A stretch of DNA of 64,000 bases from Phoronis australis (taxonomy: Eukaryota; Animalia; Phoronida): positions 702,803 to 766,802 of the forward strand of contig NMRA01000020.1 in NCBI GenBank assembly GCA_002633005.1. Reading direction: 5' to 3'. Below the pieces are notes generated by a model. That model saw only the letters and a program-made list of their open reading frames with translations. It was not told the DNA's origin and did not search any database. Both the position numbers and the translations under genes were made by a program. This document shows positions 36,888-50,848 of the stretch, in pieces (the stretch's first letter is position 1; the number at the start of each line of letters is the position of its first letter).

Positions 36888-38299
36888 GTCTGAAAAAGGC
36901 GCTCTCTGCGGACTTTTCTCACAACTTCTCCGTATCGTACTGGTAAAAACAATCATGGTGGAGACGGTCTTCCAGCCATTACGTACAACTTCGATAATAC
37001 GTTTTTAAATTGTTTCTTAACACAAGGTATTTTAAAATCTATAAAATCTCTGATGATGTATTAATAAACTACTTTTTGAGGCACATGGTCATGGTGGGAG
37101 CTCTTTAACCGCTATACAAAATATCAGTATGACCAATGGCACGTCAAAACCGACACCGCACATACAGTACTAGGAAGTCATTCATATTCTACGCATGCCT
37201 AATGAGAAATGCAAGGGTGTTGGTCTGGTAAAAAAACTCGGCAGGTGCAAGCGCCCCTGGTGGTTTTCGCGGAGCGTGATTATTTAATTTTAAATCGCGA
37301 TACCTTTAAAACTCCAATTGTGATTCCCAGCGACGCGCTGTAGAACCCCGTGTTTTTACGCTTCCCATCACTTGGCGAAATGAAATTTTGCTCAGTGTGT
37401 AACTTTGTTATGACGTTTGTTGCTGGGCGAATTTTTTTTTTCATGTTTGTGCCCTGTTTTGAAGTTAGTTATTTTTGGACACGTGGCCACGTCGTATTTT
37501 TGGTCCAACATACTTAAAATTTATGCACAACATGCACCTCACAAAAAGAAATGAAACTGATTCCAGGATGTTGCTCTGTCGTGAAGTTTACGTTTTGTTA
37601 GCAATACCTGTGGACTCACATGTGCATCCATGAAAGTTTTTCAAAGGAGCACTTTATGCTTGTGTGCCAAAGGGTACATTTTTCAAAAAAAAATGCAAAT
37701 TCAAATTCTCTAGTGTTTAGTACGGATGGTTACAGTAGATTCAACGTTCAGAGTTCAACACATTTCAACTATCATGCGCTGCAAGTTTGGAAGAAATCGA
37801 GAGAGCGATATACTGGCACACCGCAGGCGACGTGCTCTGGGCGAAAGGCCACAATGAGTCCTTTTGGCTTAGAAAAATAATAGCATTCTCTATTCTACAT
37901 GTACATACTTGAAGAATAAAGGTAAAGTGCCAAAATTCACATAGTGTAGTTGTAATCACGTCCGGGTATATCGATCGAGCACTGGACTGATATGTAAATG
38001 AAGGCAAAACCCAGGGTAGAGTTCCATAACGCTAGTATCTCTATAGACAAGCACGATTTGGCGTGACTGCCGTGTTTTTTCAATGAGGGCAGATATATCA
38101 TACAACTTGCGGGTTGCAAAACACTACCTTCCTCAGCCGCCAACTGGGGATGATAACACAGTTTCGGCGACGGTGCTGCCATCCCCGGGGTCGCCAGAAG
38201 CAATAAGCCACCGGGTACAGTCTGTTGGACAAGCAGCCGGAGTAACTAGCCAATGCCTGAAGCTATGCTTTCTATCTCTAGTCCAAATTCATCAAGATG

Positions 38300-38620
38300 C
38301 TCGTTATGCAGTATATTGAAGGCTCCTGATGGTTTTCCTAATGACACAGCTACTGAATCTAATCTGGGTGAATAGAGACGACATTATCAAGCAACAAACC
38401 ACGGCACCCGACCTTCACGGATGAAGCAGGACAGCTTTAAGATCCCTCCTCGCACAGCGATCTGACTCATACCGTGTTTTCTTCCTTTCGTATACGTATT
38501 CCCCTCTCACGGAACGGTCAGCTTGTCCAACATCATTCTTTTCAAATCACACCTCGACGCTCTTTGGTCAATTAAATATGGTCAGGGAATCGAAGAGCGG
38601 ATTCTAAGGTCTGGCCATTT
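38300..38620 (+). mobile_element. Degraded CR1 LINE 3' end
   Basis: Terminal ORF2-like FKSHLDALW motif; heavily decayed. Confidence 0.4.
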
Positions 38621-38659
38621 TGCACGCTTAGGAGGCTTTCCCCCTCGAATGAATTGCAT

Positions 38660-39682
38660 TCCACTCTGACGGTCATACTCACTGGTTTTGTAATTACAGC
38701 ATTATAATAATCATTCAGTGACTCTAACTGCTTCTGGTATGTCTTGTATTGACCTCTCTATCACCAGTGGTTTGTGTTCTATTCTCTACACTGAAGTTGT
38801 GCCGCCTATTGGTAACTCGGACCACCATGTTATACATTAGTTTGAGTGATACTTCTCTAGGTACTGATGAGCCTAAAATTTACAAAACCGTGTGGAAAAA
38901 TGATCGTGCTGGCCTTGGAAAAAATACAGCTTCTGATTTAGCTGAGATCAATTGGAATGCAGTATTCGATTCCGGTGACATTAACTACATTAGGGATTTG
39001 TTTAGTTCAACTGTATTTAGCGTTATTAAAAGAGGCATCTCTTATGGAGAAAAATTAATAAACCAAAAAATAAACCTTGGTTTAAGTATAACATAAAACG
39101 TGAATTAAAAAAGAAGCGTCGACTGTATCGATCGTTTAAGAATTTAAATAGTCCCGTCTTATATCAAAGATATAAAGACCAGTCTGTTTTAATCGTCCCT
39201 TATTTCGAGGGCTAAAGCTGATCGTCGCAAATCCCTACAGTAATTCATGGTGCCAGTAAAGAATTCTAAAGAATGTTGGAAACTCGTGAGCAACATTCTT
39301 GGTCAATCTATTCAAGATACATTTCCTTGCCTTCAATAGAATAATACTGGCGATTATGCCTCTTCAAAATTAGATAAAGCAAATTCAGTTTTAAATTATT
39401 TCATGAACAAAAGCCCCATTGACGGAACTGCACCGTGACTTTCCAAATAGGGATAGTAGATGTCACCTTCCAGTAAATTTAATTCAAGCCACTGCAGATG
39501 AGGTCAAAAGACTTCTTGAAAATATTGATACGTCGAAGAGTGATTTTTTCAGCAAATATAACGAGTAACATGTTCAAATTACTTTCAAATTTTCTAACAG
39601 TCTCAGTTACCACATTTTTAATAAGATTTTTTATTTAGGTACTTTTCCATCAAGGTGTAAACGTGGATTGATAACACCTGTG
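38660..39682 (+). mobile_element. Degraded CR1-group LINE ORF2 fragment related to the 21.6-25.8 kb element
   Basis: SCIDLSIT..VPPIGNSDHHVI, KPWFK.NIKRELKKKRRLYRSFK and EVKRLLENID match the intact copy. Confidence 0.8.
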
Positions 39683-41030
39683 TGGGTCGTGGGTAGAGGG
39701 GGTCGTGGGTTGAAAGGGTCGAGGGGTTCGGGAGTCGAGGGGGTCGTGGGGGTTGTATAATGTGAGGGTCGAGGAGTTTTAGAGCAATCCCTCTCACGCA
39801 CGCTATTCCCTCTCACGGACGTATATTTGCACGCGTGCACTAATATTTGCGTTTTATTGATACATTTATCCAAACCCGCTCCAACCTACCTCTGAACGCT
39901 ATTCTGTTCCCTCGCACGCCTTTCTTTTCTCTCAAGCAAGTTAAACGTGTAATTTGGTGTAAAATTGCAAATATCAACAGTGAATAGTATCTACTCAGTT
40001 GTAAATGTCACTTGAGGATGTAGGATATGGCAAGGACGGGGCAGGGTACCAACCCATTACGTAGAATTGTCGTGAGGACTTGACAGGGACCTCAGGGGTC
40101 TCACGCTCCACTGGTTTATACACACTTGTTTGAAAAGGCTTAGCCCAGTCACACAGTTTGTGTCATATAAGAGATTATGATAAATCCACCTGACCCTGCA
40201 AGTAGAACTACTCTAGTTTATCACATTGGTGTAGACTCACAGTTGAAGTGTGTTTTCTGTTTAGCCCAGACCGTCCGAAGTTGCACCATATACCAACTCG
40301 ATCCGGACGGTCTCTCACGGCGATTTAGCGTTATGGTAGTTTTCTAAGGAAAACGCCCTCATACCAGGCTCTGCCAAGTCTACATGTAGGTCTACAATTA
40401 AGCTACTCAACAGTACATGTAACTCACTTTGCACTTTCAAATATACAAATATATGACGTACGTGTATGGCAGACATAAAGAATATAACACGTGTGCTTTG
40501 CACACCAAGAAAAGACTATTACCTTTAAGCTACAACAGTGTAGGGTACTATAGCTGTCTCGCGACTAGAAAAATCTAGCCAAAATCACGTGCTCTCATAT
40601 GAAATACGTCTCGCGTAATGTCGCGGAGTCTTGCTTTTCCAGCAAGGCGCTAGCGTTATTGAACTCTACCAGAGCCCAGGCAAGCCCTAACCGTCATGCA
40701 TAACTCACCTAGATAACTGATGTTCTACATGTCGTGCCTCTACAGACAGCCTTGAGTGCCGCTACCGTCGGAAAAAAATCTAAAGATAGGGCTCACGTCA
40801 CAGTAAGGATGCAGTGACAAATGCTACAATAACTTTCCGCTCAACTTCTGGCTCAACGACCGGCTGTCCACGTGTGTCGCAACCACTAGGTGGGATTCCG
40901 GTTGTTATCTGCCATGGAGCCAAAATCCATTCAATAAGAATAGAAACTTTCACCCTAAATCAAAAAGTACTTAATCTGTGCTTGAACCTTCCACTCGTTC
41001 ACTTCGACTTCTGTAAGGGAAGACTGATAA

Positions 41031-41194
41031 CCAGGGGGGAACCAGGATTTTGAGTTTTAGGGGGCCAGGGCAGAGTATTTGCCTGGATTTTGCCCGTCAG
41101 ACATTCGCACCGTCCCCCAAACTGCCAAAAATAATCTGTGAAAAATTTAGGGGGGCATGGCCCCCTTGGCCCCCATCCCTTAACTCCTCCACTG
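41031..41194. mobile_element. hAT-like MITE
   Basis: CAGGGGGGAACCAGG...CTCCTCCACTG with an internal GGGGGCATGGCCCCC motif. Confidence 0.45.
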
Positions 41195-41408
41195 ATAACA
41201 TAACGTCAAAAGTTGACATTTCACTACAGAAGTAGTCGTGTAGATGTCCGTTCAAATTTCAAAGCAGAAGTTCATGGAATTGTACACTATGCTACACATA
41301 CATACCAGTACGTGTTTGCGGGTTAAATGCAAAATTGCCAGCTATGTGGTCGCTTAGTTTATAGCTCGGACGACGCAAAAGACCTTTGAGCGACTGACTC
41401 GTTCGCGA

Positions 41409-41545
41409 CAACAAAAGCAAGAACAACAAAGACAGCAACAACAACAGCATTAATAACCACCACCCCCACCACCACCACCACCAGCACCACCATCACCACC
41501 ACTCCTCCCACTCCGACCACTCCTCTTATCACTCCTACCAGTACC
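41409..41545. repeat. (CAA)n/(CAC)n microsatellite
   Basis: Direct inspection. Confidence 0.75.
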
Positions 41546-42449
41546 AGTATCGATTAACTAAACCATATGACCATCGCTGATATTCAGTGGTTTTATAAAA
41601 ACTGCTTCCCATTCTCTGTAAATGGTGGTTTGTAACCTTAAACAATACTGGCTAATAAGAATAGCTGAGAGTCCACCGTCAGGTTACATGACAGTAGAAT
41701 TCAACAATGGAGCATCGTACAATGTGAAAACACCGCCGGGACATTTCAGTTGCAATAAATTAAGCAAAAACTCTGGATATGATACAACTACCACGTACAT
41801 GTAGAATGACTCCTGGTTAACTAATAAACAAAGAACATGCAACTTCTTGCAAAGTTATTAGGAATACATGTACATTAAAAAGGGCTATTAAAACTCACGA
41901 CAGTAGTGACGTCGATTGATTCATCAATTCACGTACATGAAACAAGAGTCGCAGCGCTATCTATGGAGCAGTAAGTTATCTTTTCATCAGAAGAACGCCC
42001 TACCAAAATCTGTCTACATGTATGATGTTACAGTTACTAAAGTTTATCTGACAGTTACATTTACTAAAGTTTATCTGACACAATGAACTATCAAAAGGAA
42101 TTTATGTTCACAATTCTAAAGCGCCAACGGTTTCTTATAAATGAGTCGTTCGATGGTAAGAGTGTCCTTCATTCATTCCCCATACTTGGACAGTTCGGTA
42201 CGTGCTAAAAGAAAGTTGACTCTTCGCGTGAGAGCGTGTTCGTCTGGAGTAGCTTCTACTAATTGAAACGTCCACGTATTGCTTGCAGATTTTCGTCTTT
42301 GATAATGGCGATGGCAATGGCAATGGCAATGGCTCTCTTCTATTATCACCACTGACATTGTTGCAAATTCTGTAAATACACTGTACACTAACTTCCACCG
42401 AGACCAAATTTCGTTAGCGAGAAACTATAGTATACTTTTCGCCAACGCT

Positions 42450-44450
42450 TATGTGCGTAATCCCTGCAAAAGTTGCCCGGTACTAGAGGAATCAGATGGG
42501 TATTCATGGTCAAAGTTTCGAAAGTAGACCCTCAGAGTGCGACTGTTAACCAACGCCTTGGTCTCATACATATAAAAGGAGCGGAAATTAATTGAATCCA
42601 GTCTAGTGCTGTACTGATTTACATGTACTATAGAGGTTGGGATACTTCGTATACTCCTGATCTGATGGTCCAATGTGATTACCATGGGGAGGGTAACACG
42701 CAAAATCGCAGTCGAGTTACATCGTAAGGTACTTACGAACAATGCTCTCGCGAGTCTTCTTGAGAGTTTGGCTCAGCTCAGTCTCAGTACCCACAAAGTT
42801 AGAGCCTTGGTCGTATCGAAGAGTTCTATCTGGGGCTCGAATCGCAGTGAAACATCATAACCCATTGAGGAGTTCAATATGCACTGCTGTTGATACAAGA
42901 AACTTGAACAAGAGACCCCACCTCTTGTATTCCTTCTGTCCTTCCTAAACGAGGAATGGTCCAAAGTACCAGCATGTGTTAGAGCACCAGTACGCATGAG
43001 GTTGCAACTCACTGGTCGGCTGTTCTCTACCTGGATGCTCTATCTTCTAGTGACACTCTCGAATAACCAGATCAATAATTCTACACTTCGACAGGATGAT
43101 TGGATACTAATGTCATCATATGACTGGCAGTCTACCGTCAACCCTTAGGACACCCACTTCATTCAAGGTAACTGAATTGGATTACAGCAATCTCATGGCA
43201 GTATCTCTTGTCATCTCCCTAATACCTTCAGTCAAAGGAGGGGGATCTTGCAGTCTTGTGAAGGCAATTAGAACATTTTTCCACTCGATAAAAGTTCCAA
43301 AGGATGCAACATGACAGATAATTTCTTCACTTCCGTTTTATGAATTGACAGGTTAGGGCTTGTGGGTTTCTCTTCTGGTGGCTCTCGACATCCCCAGAAT
43401 AAGATCACGGTGAACTCTTACTTCGTCGTTTACTTGCCGCAGATATGAGCACTGTTCGTTTCCGGAGAAACTCATGTCTGAAAACTGGTGAAATATCTGG
43501 AAATGTCACTAATGGCAGCAGAGTCAACCATCGTTCCCATCTGGGCCGTACAATTTCCGATAATAGATCGTCTGAACACCGGATGAAAAATTTGCTTGCC
43601 TAGCAAAACATGGATTCTGAACAGGAACTCATTTGAGTGAGCCTGGCACTGTATTCCCAATGCTTGTTCCACTTAAGAGCTGTCGAGATCGATGCACTTG
43701 GAGTCCTTGTGTTAGATTTCTGAGATAGATGAAATTCCATCATTGCAATTTCCCACGAACTTGTGCTGTCGTAGGTTGCTGTTTGATAGCAGGACTCCGG
43801 CTTCTCCGGTTAGACGCGTGGCCTCTTCTGCAATCTTGCAAATCTTAAGCATCGACGTAAAAGTCGTGGTGAGTAAAATCGCAGGCTTCTTTGGAGAAGT
43901 GGCCGCTATTGTCGTTGGCAATCTGTCGTAAGCCAAAGTTTGAACAGACCGGAGAGGAAGTTGCCCCGATTAGGTGGACTTTCATTCGTTAAGATACTGG
44001 TTCCGAGTCGAGGGCTCCACCCTTCCACAAAAAGAACCGTAAATAGTCCATGTCAGCTGGCTCCACTCGAAACCGATTATACATGCGTTCAACATCACAA
44101 GCTTCAATCCAGGTGTTCCAGTCGCTTTCTGGCAATGTCTTGTTGTTCAGTAGAAGGAATCGTTGTCTTAACGGTAGAAGCACTGCGTTCAATCCATCCT
44201 CCTGTTCTCAATAGTGCGTGGGAACTTCAAATCGTCTTGTGACAACTTCGTGCCATCTTTTTAGATTTAGAAAAGTCTGCGAACAGTGATCCCACTATCG
44301 CCTTTTGTCACATAATTGCGCGTTTTTAAAAGTACCACACTGGATTTGTCATTCAGCTGTCGTAGTCGCATTGGTAAAAAGCACATCACCATCGTGAACT
44401 TGTAACTTAAAGATAAACACATTCACTGCTAGTTGCAATCGCCAGTGGAT
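42450..44450 (-). mobile_element. Degraded BEL/Pao LTR retrotransposon pol
   Basis: RT motifs ACDVERMYNRFRV..DYLRFFLW and FYVDA; integrase YFGPFLV*EGQKEYKRWGLLF..AVHIEL. LTRs not resolved; boundaries approximate. Confidence 0.8.
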
Positions 44451-44887
44451 CCCAAAAAATATGTAGATATACCTCTCAGAAATAGACAACTACAGCAAGA
44501 AATAAGCAAACCAAATTCTGTTGTATTTGTTGTTTTTATTGCCCTGAATACCGTCCACTAAACTTGCGTAAGTTAACGAGACGTTAGGACACTCTAAAGT
44601 ATAATGTCATGAATTTCCAAAAACACCTCGTCTGAACACCTGAAAATTCGGCGAATCTCATACAAAATTTAAGAGTGTTCGCACTCGTTATTTTCTCTAA
44701 ATACCTTTCAGAAAGTAAGTATAACAAAACGCAGCCGTATCGAAGTCTAAAGAATAAAATTGTTAAGTTGCTTGAGCACTGTTTCGTGAGGCTCATTAAA
44801 GTTTGGAACCTGAAATGTATTACAAAGTTTTCAAGGTTATTCCGCGTTCACACACTATTCGGGCATATCAACAACAATGTCCTTCAT

Positions 44888-45387
44888 TGAGTAGTAGTTT
44901 CTTTTTCACAACCATTAAGAACATTTTTAACCTTGACAGGTTAGGCTCCTATCTGCAGATATCTTCCGAAGTTGTTGGACGCTAGGTGGCGTGGTGATCA
45001 GATTATTGCAACTTCTGGGCAAATTAAACCCTCCTTCGTCCTAGTTCGACCGGTCCACTTTTCTTGACTCAAACCCCAGCGTAGGGTCACACATACAGAC
45101 AGGAGATGATCTCAGAGTACTGTTAACAAATCTGCAGTGACTGATCATGCTCTTGGTTTCAATCATGCGATTAAGATCTAGACGGATATGACAGTCAATG
45201 TGGGTCAAGAAAAGTGGATCGGTCATGCAGAGGGACGATGGATTGTATAAGTTGTCCAGAATTTGGAACATCCTGATCACCACGCCACCTAGCGTCCAAT
45301 AACTTCAGAAGATGGTTGCTGATAGGAGCCGAAATTGTCAAGGGTAAATATGTTCTTACTGGTTGTGAAAAAAGAAATAACTACTCA
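44888..45387. mobile_element. MITE with ~130-bp TIRs
   Basis: GGACGCTAGGTGGCGTGGTGATCAG and its flanks are inverted at 45272-45387. Confidence 0.75.
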
Positions 45388-45497
45388 TCAACTCTACCAA
45401 CCTTATGAAACTATTAAGTGAAAGTACTGTGTTATTATAATAAGCAAAAAGTAAACAATTCTGAAGTTAAAGGGTATTCAGAAGTGTGTTACATGCT

Positions 45498-45750
45498 CCT
45501 GGGAGTTTTTAAAGCTAATTTTTGAGTATTTCTCGAGGATAACACAGCTTGACAGCAAAAAAATTTCGTTGTTGGTTAAAAATAATTTAGAGCAGATACT
45601 AGCGGATATAAATAAAAGCCTGGGAGTGTTTAAGGCGAATTCTTGAGCATGTTTCAAGCAAAAAAAATTGACAGCGAATAATCACTGTTTATTGGAAACG
45701 TAATTAGAGGATTTAAGAGGGGATATGAATAACACCCTAGTAGTGTTTCG
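45498..45750. repeat. ~121-bp tandem repeat, ~2 copies
   Basis: CCTGGGAGT(T/G)TTTAA recurs at ~45498 and ~45619, degenerate at ~45736. Confidence 0.55.
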
Positions 45751-46158
45751 ATGATTTCAGCCGTCCTTAGTATCCCATAATAATTTCATTCCGTTTTCGG
45801 TGTTATTACTAATATCAAAAGTTATAAATTTTTTGAATGTGACTTGTAATAACAGAAAACACTAAATGACATCATACAGTATATGTTATTAGAATATTAA
45901 AGCACTCTCTCATTAGAATTACTTAAGTTACTACGTTTTTACGCAGTGCGATTACTTGAATCCACATAGAATAATGCAAAAGATTAACTTTGGCACTCGC
46001 AATGCTTGTAATACCATTCGGCCTAGCTTACGTCAAGTATTGAGCAGTAAGTTTCACAGACTAACTCATCGACTTCAGTCCAGTGGAGACTAGATCGCAC
46101 CAAAACAGAAGACCCATTCTAATTTACTCGCATTTTTATGAAGGCACGAATAACTTAA

Positions 46159-47574
46159 AGGCGAAGGCAACCTTTTTCCATGTCATTTTGAGGTAAAATA
46201 AGGTGGGTTGGTTATCCTAGACATATTTTCCACTTAATTACAGCTTTTCGTAATTTTATTAATTACTCGTCCGCTATTCCGGAAGTGACGTTTTAGGAGG
46301 CAAGCGTTTCCCGCCACTTGGTTTTGCGTTGACTTTACCGGGCGAATCTGTTCTACTCTACTTTTGTTTTGTGCTGTTTTTCAACAATTGTCGCCACCAC
46401 TTTCCATTGGCGAGTATTCTGCGGCAAGATAAGTTAGTAGAGAACTCAACTACGTTGGATTTAGAGATTTTAGTGTGTTGTAAGCTGAAAATGGCTGGAG
46501 TCGGTGACCCGTATCACAGTGACAGTAGTGTGAGTGACGGAAACCTTGTTCACAGCAGTGGTGACGAGGAATTTTTTTGACGGACATTCAGTGCGTGGGT
46601 ACATGTTTGAGCCCGATTAGCCCGAGTTATAACGAGGCAGAGTACGCACAGGCACAGGCAGCTGTTGAGAGAAACGAGGCTGCTACTGAGGACAGACGTG
46701 GTGACACATCTTGGTGCAAATGCACTGTGTGCGTTGTTATGCCTACCTCAATGGAATGCTTGTGCTGTTCAGACTTCGACGAGACCAAGCCACTACTGGA
46801 CATGGTTAAGTGGACCTCCGGCATACCACGGACAGAGGAACAACTGTCCCACTTGCCAGAGTGTCCCGCGACACACTCCCACTGGATGGTGACATGAGCA
46901 CCCAAACTGCTTACATCGTGTCGTGTGACTCCCTCGCCACACACCTGGCACCTTCTAAATAGACAAGTCCACAATAAACTTATCAAAGTTTGGCTCACCG
47001 ATCTGTTCACTGAACGACAAACTGTCCTCTTCACTGGGTGTCGATCCTGGGCCTGTAATCACTCCCACTACTCAATATCGCTGCAGGGCTGCTTAGAGGC
47101 TCTGGGCTGGAGAAAACAGCACAGGGCGAATCACTACTGGTTTCAGGAATTGCACGCTCTGGGGTACGTTCGGAGGCACAGGTGACAGTAGATGAAGTGC
47201 CTCAACTGGCCACAGCTCGCGAGGCTTCTCGCTTCAAAAACGCACTTCTCGGGGGTGGCGACGGGGCACTGCCGGGAATCAACATAGACGGAATGGCATC
47301 CTTCTTCAGGCGTTGTTTCTAGTAAATGAAAGCAAACGACGACGGAACTTAACACAACCGAGGTAGAACAATGACTGACTCGGCAGCTCTCACAGTCAGA
47401 CTATATGAAAAGAAATAGGCGCGAAATGCTTGCCTCCTAAAACGTCACTTCCGCAGTAGCGGACGAGTAATTAATAAAATTACGAAAAGCTGTAATTAAG
47501 TGGAAAATATGTCTAGGATAACCAACCAACCTTATTTTAGCTCAAAATGACATGGAAAAAGGTTGCCTTCGCCT
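46159..47574. mobile_element. Internally deleted Kolobok DNA transposon
   Basis: TTAA TSD (46155-46158, 47575-47578) and ~155-bp TIRs starting AGGCGAAGG. + strand KolX-like GYMFEP..RRGDTSWCKCTVCVVMPTSMECLCC; - strand THAP-box RLKKDAIPSML and transposase-like CQVCG..WECVAGHSGKWDS. Confidence 0.85.
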
Positions 47575-47768
47575 TTAAATTTGCATGCAGTCATAGAACA
47601 ACAAGTTGATTTATGCAAACAGGAGTGTCTTGTTTGGGGACCTTATGCTTGAAACGAAAAAGTGTTTTGATTTGTCATATTGCACGAATTCGCCATAATG
47701 TTTGAAAACGAGGTGTTGTGTCCAAACCACAATGGTTCTGAATGTTTGGAACACGCGCCCTTTCAAGT

Positions 47769-47909
47769 CAGCCTTGTTCCTGTGCCTCAAGATGGCGCTA
47801 ATCCGTTTCGCCATTTGAGGCTTGGTTATGGGAAATACACCATTTCCCATAACCAAGCCTCAAATGGCTAAACCGCTCAGCGCCATCTTGAGACTTGGAG
47901 ACCAGGCTG
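47769..47909. repeat. Palindromic MITE / long hairpin
   Basis: Perfect 27-bp stem (47810-47836 / 47842-47868), 5-nt loop, extended imperfect arms to CAGCC..GGCTG. Confidence 0.8.
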
Positions 47910-50299
47910 CCTTTCACGTTTGCCTTGTTAAACGTGATGTTGAAACGAAGCAACAATAACTATTTTTTGCATCGCCACCAAAGTGTGAGAGTAGTGACTG
48001 TGGAATGAAACGGCTTGCAAATCCCCGAATCTCTTGACTAGTCATTGAGATTGTATCAAACGTTAAGGAACAGACAGACAGCATGCAGTCTGGTACTCAC
48101 CCCAGTCAAGGTGGTGGCTTCTTTGCGGGATACTTATTTACTGCTGCGATCTAGCATGTTGTTACCTGCGTGCCTATGACAGCTGTGTCTATGAAAATGC
48201 ACATCCCATTTTGCACGTTTTATTTTACTTTTTCGCATCAATATGTATTGTTACGTGAGCACACGAATATTCCATGTACCATTTTATTCTGTTCGTCCTA
48301 GTACATGTAAGTACATTCAGGTTCACTAAAACTGTTAAATTTTGCCAAACGCTACGTAAACCGTCTGTATATCAAACAGAAATCACATTGCAACATCAAA
48401 ATCTATTGGAGTTTGGATTCATTGATTGTGCCATACAGTTCCTTGAATCAGATTCTCAAAACATTCAGCTGCAACTAAAGAGTGATATTAACAATGTACT
48501 TGCATGTAGCTCTATTGGGTTGGCCACAATAAGCGCCCATGTTCCTACAAACGACCTGCACGATCTCAGATTGTTCTTGGATAAGCGCTCCTTCATCACA
48601 AACGAGTGTTAATTAAATATACCATCACAGGAGCCTCAAACTTTAAGCCATTTCTAATATCATTCAGTTGTAATTCCCCAGCGTTATCGAACATCAACTT
48701 GCTGAAATTAAGTTTCCCATTTGGTCTGCACCTGGCAAACAGTTTCACGAAAGTGTCCCAATTGGTCTCAACTATAATTTTTACATTTTCATCGTATTTG
48801 TGGACTTTATACAAACACTGATTGTCCTGTCTTCTGCTATTTTATCTCCACTGGTACGTCCACGTTTTAGCTTTGATACATGTCGAGAATCAACTATCCT
48901 TTGAATTAATAATATGGTTGACAATGAATGGGGACCTTTTCATGCAACGCTCCTAATTTAATGACGGCGTCCATGTTGCTTTCATTAAAAATAAGGTCTT
49001 GTGTTTCAGAAATGTTATCAGAAAATGCAAAAACTCAAAGAGGAGAGACAATGAAGATTATTTGATGGAAAAAATGTAACATTAGTGAGTAAACACAGTC
49101 TACAAATCCGCTGAAAATGAGTTCCTACAGGGGTTGTTTCATTCAACCGGCCACAAGAACACATTTTACGCTGAAAAAAATTCACCTCGTAACTTCGTGA
49201 CGACATTGATTTGTTCTGTCATGGAAATAAATAATTTTTGAAGGAATTTTGCAGCACGAGTACATTTACAATAGAGATGAGCCGCCATTGTTACTGTATG
49301 TCAATGAAAATAAATGCCGCTAGATCTTCACTTTCGAGTTTTTACACAAAATGTGTTTCAAGCGGGCCTGCGTAAACTTGCCTTTAGGCTGCTTACCCAG
49401 AATGTCAGCTTACTTAAGAAAAATTAGTTGGTATGAACAACGTCACTGTAGTCCCTGCTGAAGTATTGCACAGGGTAGCGTTTCCGTCTGACAGGCATGG
49501 GGTAGCGTACTATTACACAGGCACGGCGTACAGTAGCGGCCCACGCGTAGCCGGTAGCGTAGTATTGCATAGGCACGGCGTACAGTAACGGCCCAAGCGT
49601 TAGGACAGCTCTGTTGTTAGTTCAACTTTCGAAGATTTATCTGTTTTCAAAATAACCCTTCAGATAAATTTCCCGTCATCTATTGAGAACAGTTTCATGA
49701 TTATTACTCAGACCGGTTCTCAGAAAAAAACTGAGCTCTTTTTCTTGGATGACCACTGTGTTTTCGATTGGAATCTGTGAATTGATAACCTGAACAAATC
49801 CGTTGTTCTAAGCAGTTGTGACTTCAAATAATTGCAAGCGGTCTGGCACACGTTATACCAGGCGTGCGCAGGCCGCTCAGCCGAAAAATATTGGACTGAT
49901 TACCTGGATCCAGTTTCCTGTTTTAGGGCCTATTGATATATAGCTGCAATAGAGCTCAGGAGCTATAGACCTGCCTCAAAAGCTTAGCGGTGTGCCCTAG
50001 TGGAACTCGAACCCACGACCTTAAATAAAGCCACACTGCCGTCTTGCAAAAGTTTTATTTAAACAAATAAAATATCTTAGTTAAAGTACGTGTCGGCTAT
50101 TAATATCTCTACTAGTTGTGGCTAGATCCACCATTCAGAGATCACTGTACGCACGAGCTCAGAAAACTCAAACACCATGAGATCATGGTTCAAAACCTTA
50201 AGAATTTCATCACCTGTCTATTTGTCCAACGCTTTTACACGGCACACCATGTCTTAATTACAGTATCTCTTCTAACACAGGCCGGATCTACCGCTCATA

Positions 50300-50812
50300 T
50301 ATGTCATCTGACTACAGTAAACAGAGGCTGGTAGTATCTCAATCAGTTCATGCTAGATTCATGTATCGTATCTGGCTACAGTAAACAGGGTCTAGTAATA
50401 TGTCATCCATCTAAGATAGATCCGTATATCTTATCTGGCTACACAGTAAACAGAGAATTGTAGTGTGTCAGGCTGGTAGTATCTCAATCAGCTCATGCTA
50501 GATTCATGTATCGTATCTGGCTGCAGCAAACAGGGTCTAGTAGGGATATGTCATCAATCTTAAGGTAGATAAGTATATCTTATCTGGCTACAAAGTAAAG
50601 AGAGGATTGTAGTGTGTCAGGCTGGTAGTATCTCAATCAGCTCATGCTAGATTCATGTATCATATCTGGCTACAGTAAACAGGGTCTAGTAATATGTCAT
50701 CCATCTTAAGCTAGATCCGTATATCTTATCTGGCTACACAGTAAACAGAGGATTGTTATGTGTCAGGCTGGTAGTATCTCAATCAGCTTATGCTAGATCA
50801 TGTATCTTATCA
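50300..50812. repeat. ~146-bp higher-order tandem repeat (3.3 copies)
   Basis: GGCTGGTAGTATCTCAATCAG at ~50326, 50471, 50620 and 50766; each unit has two ATCTGGCT(A/G)CA(CA)G(T/C)AAACAG-like subunits. Confidence 0.85.
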
Positions 50813-50848
50813 AACTGCATGTACTCTAAACTGAGGTCGAAAGTACTT

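Noticed and set aside
44888-45387. Polinton assignment from AGTAGT-like termini
   Set aside because: No 6-bp TSD and no coding remnants; kept as a generic MITE.
48274-48880. Coding-like relic on the minus strand (also 9900-10250, 13300-14340, 62817-63044)
   Set aside because: Interrupted by stops with no motif I can identify; not supportable without a homology search.
49985-50022. tRNA gene candidate (minus-strand GGTTCGAGTTCC)
   Set aside because: Only a B-box/T-arm, no cloverleaf; SINE fragment.
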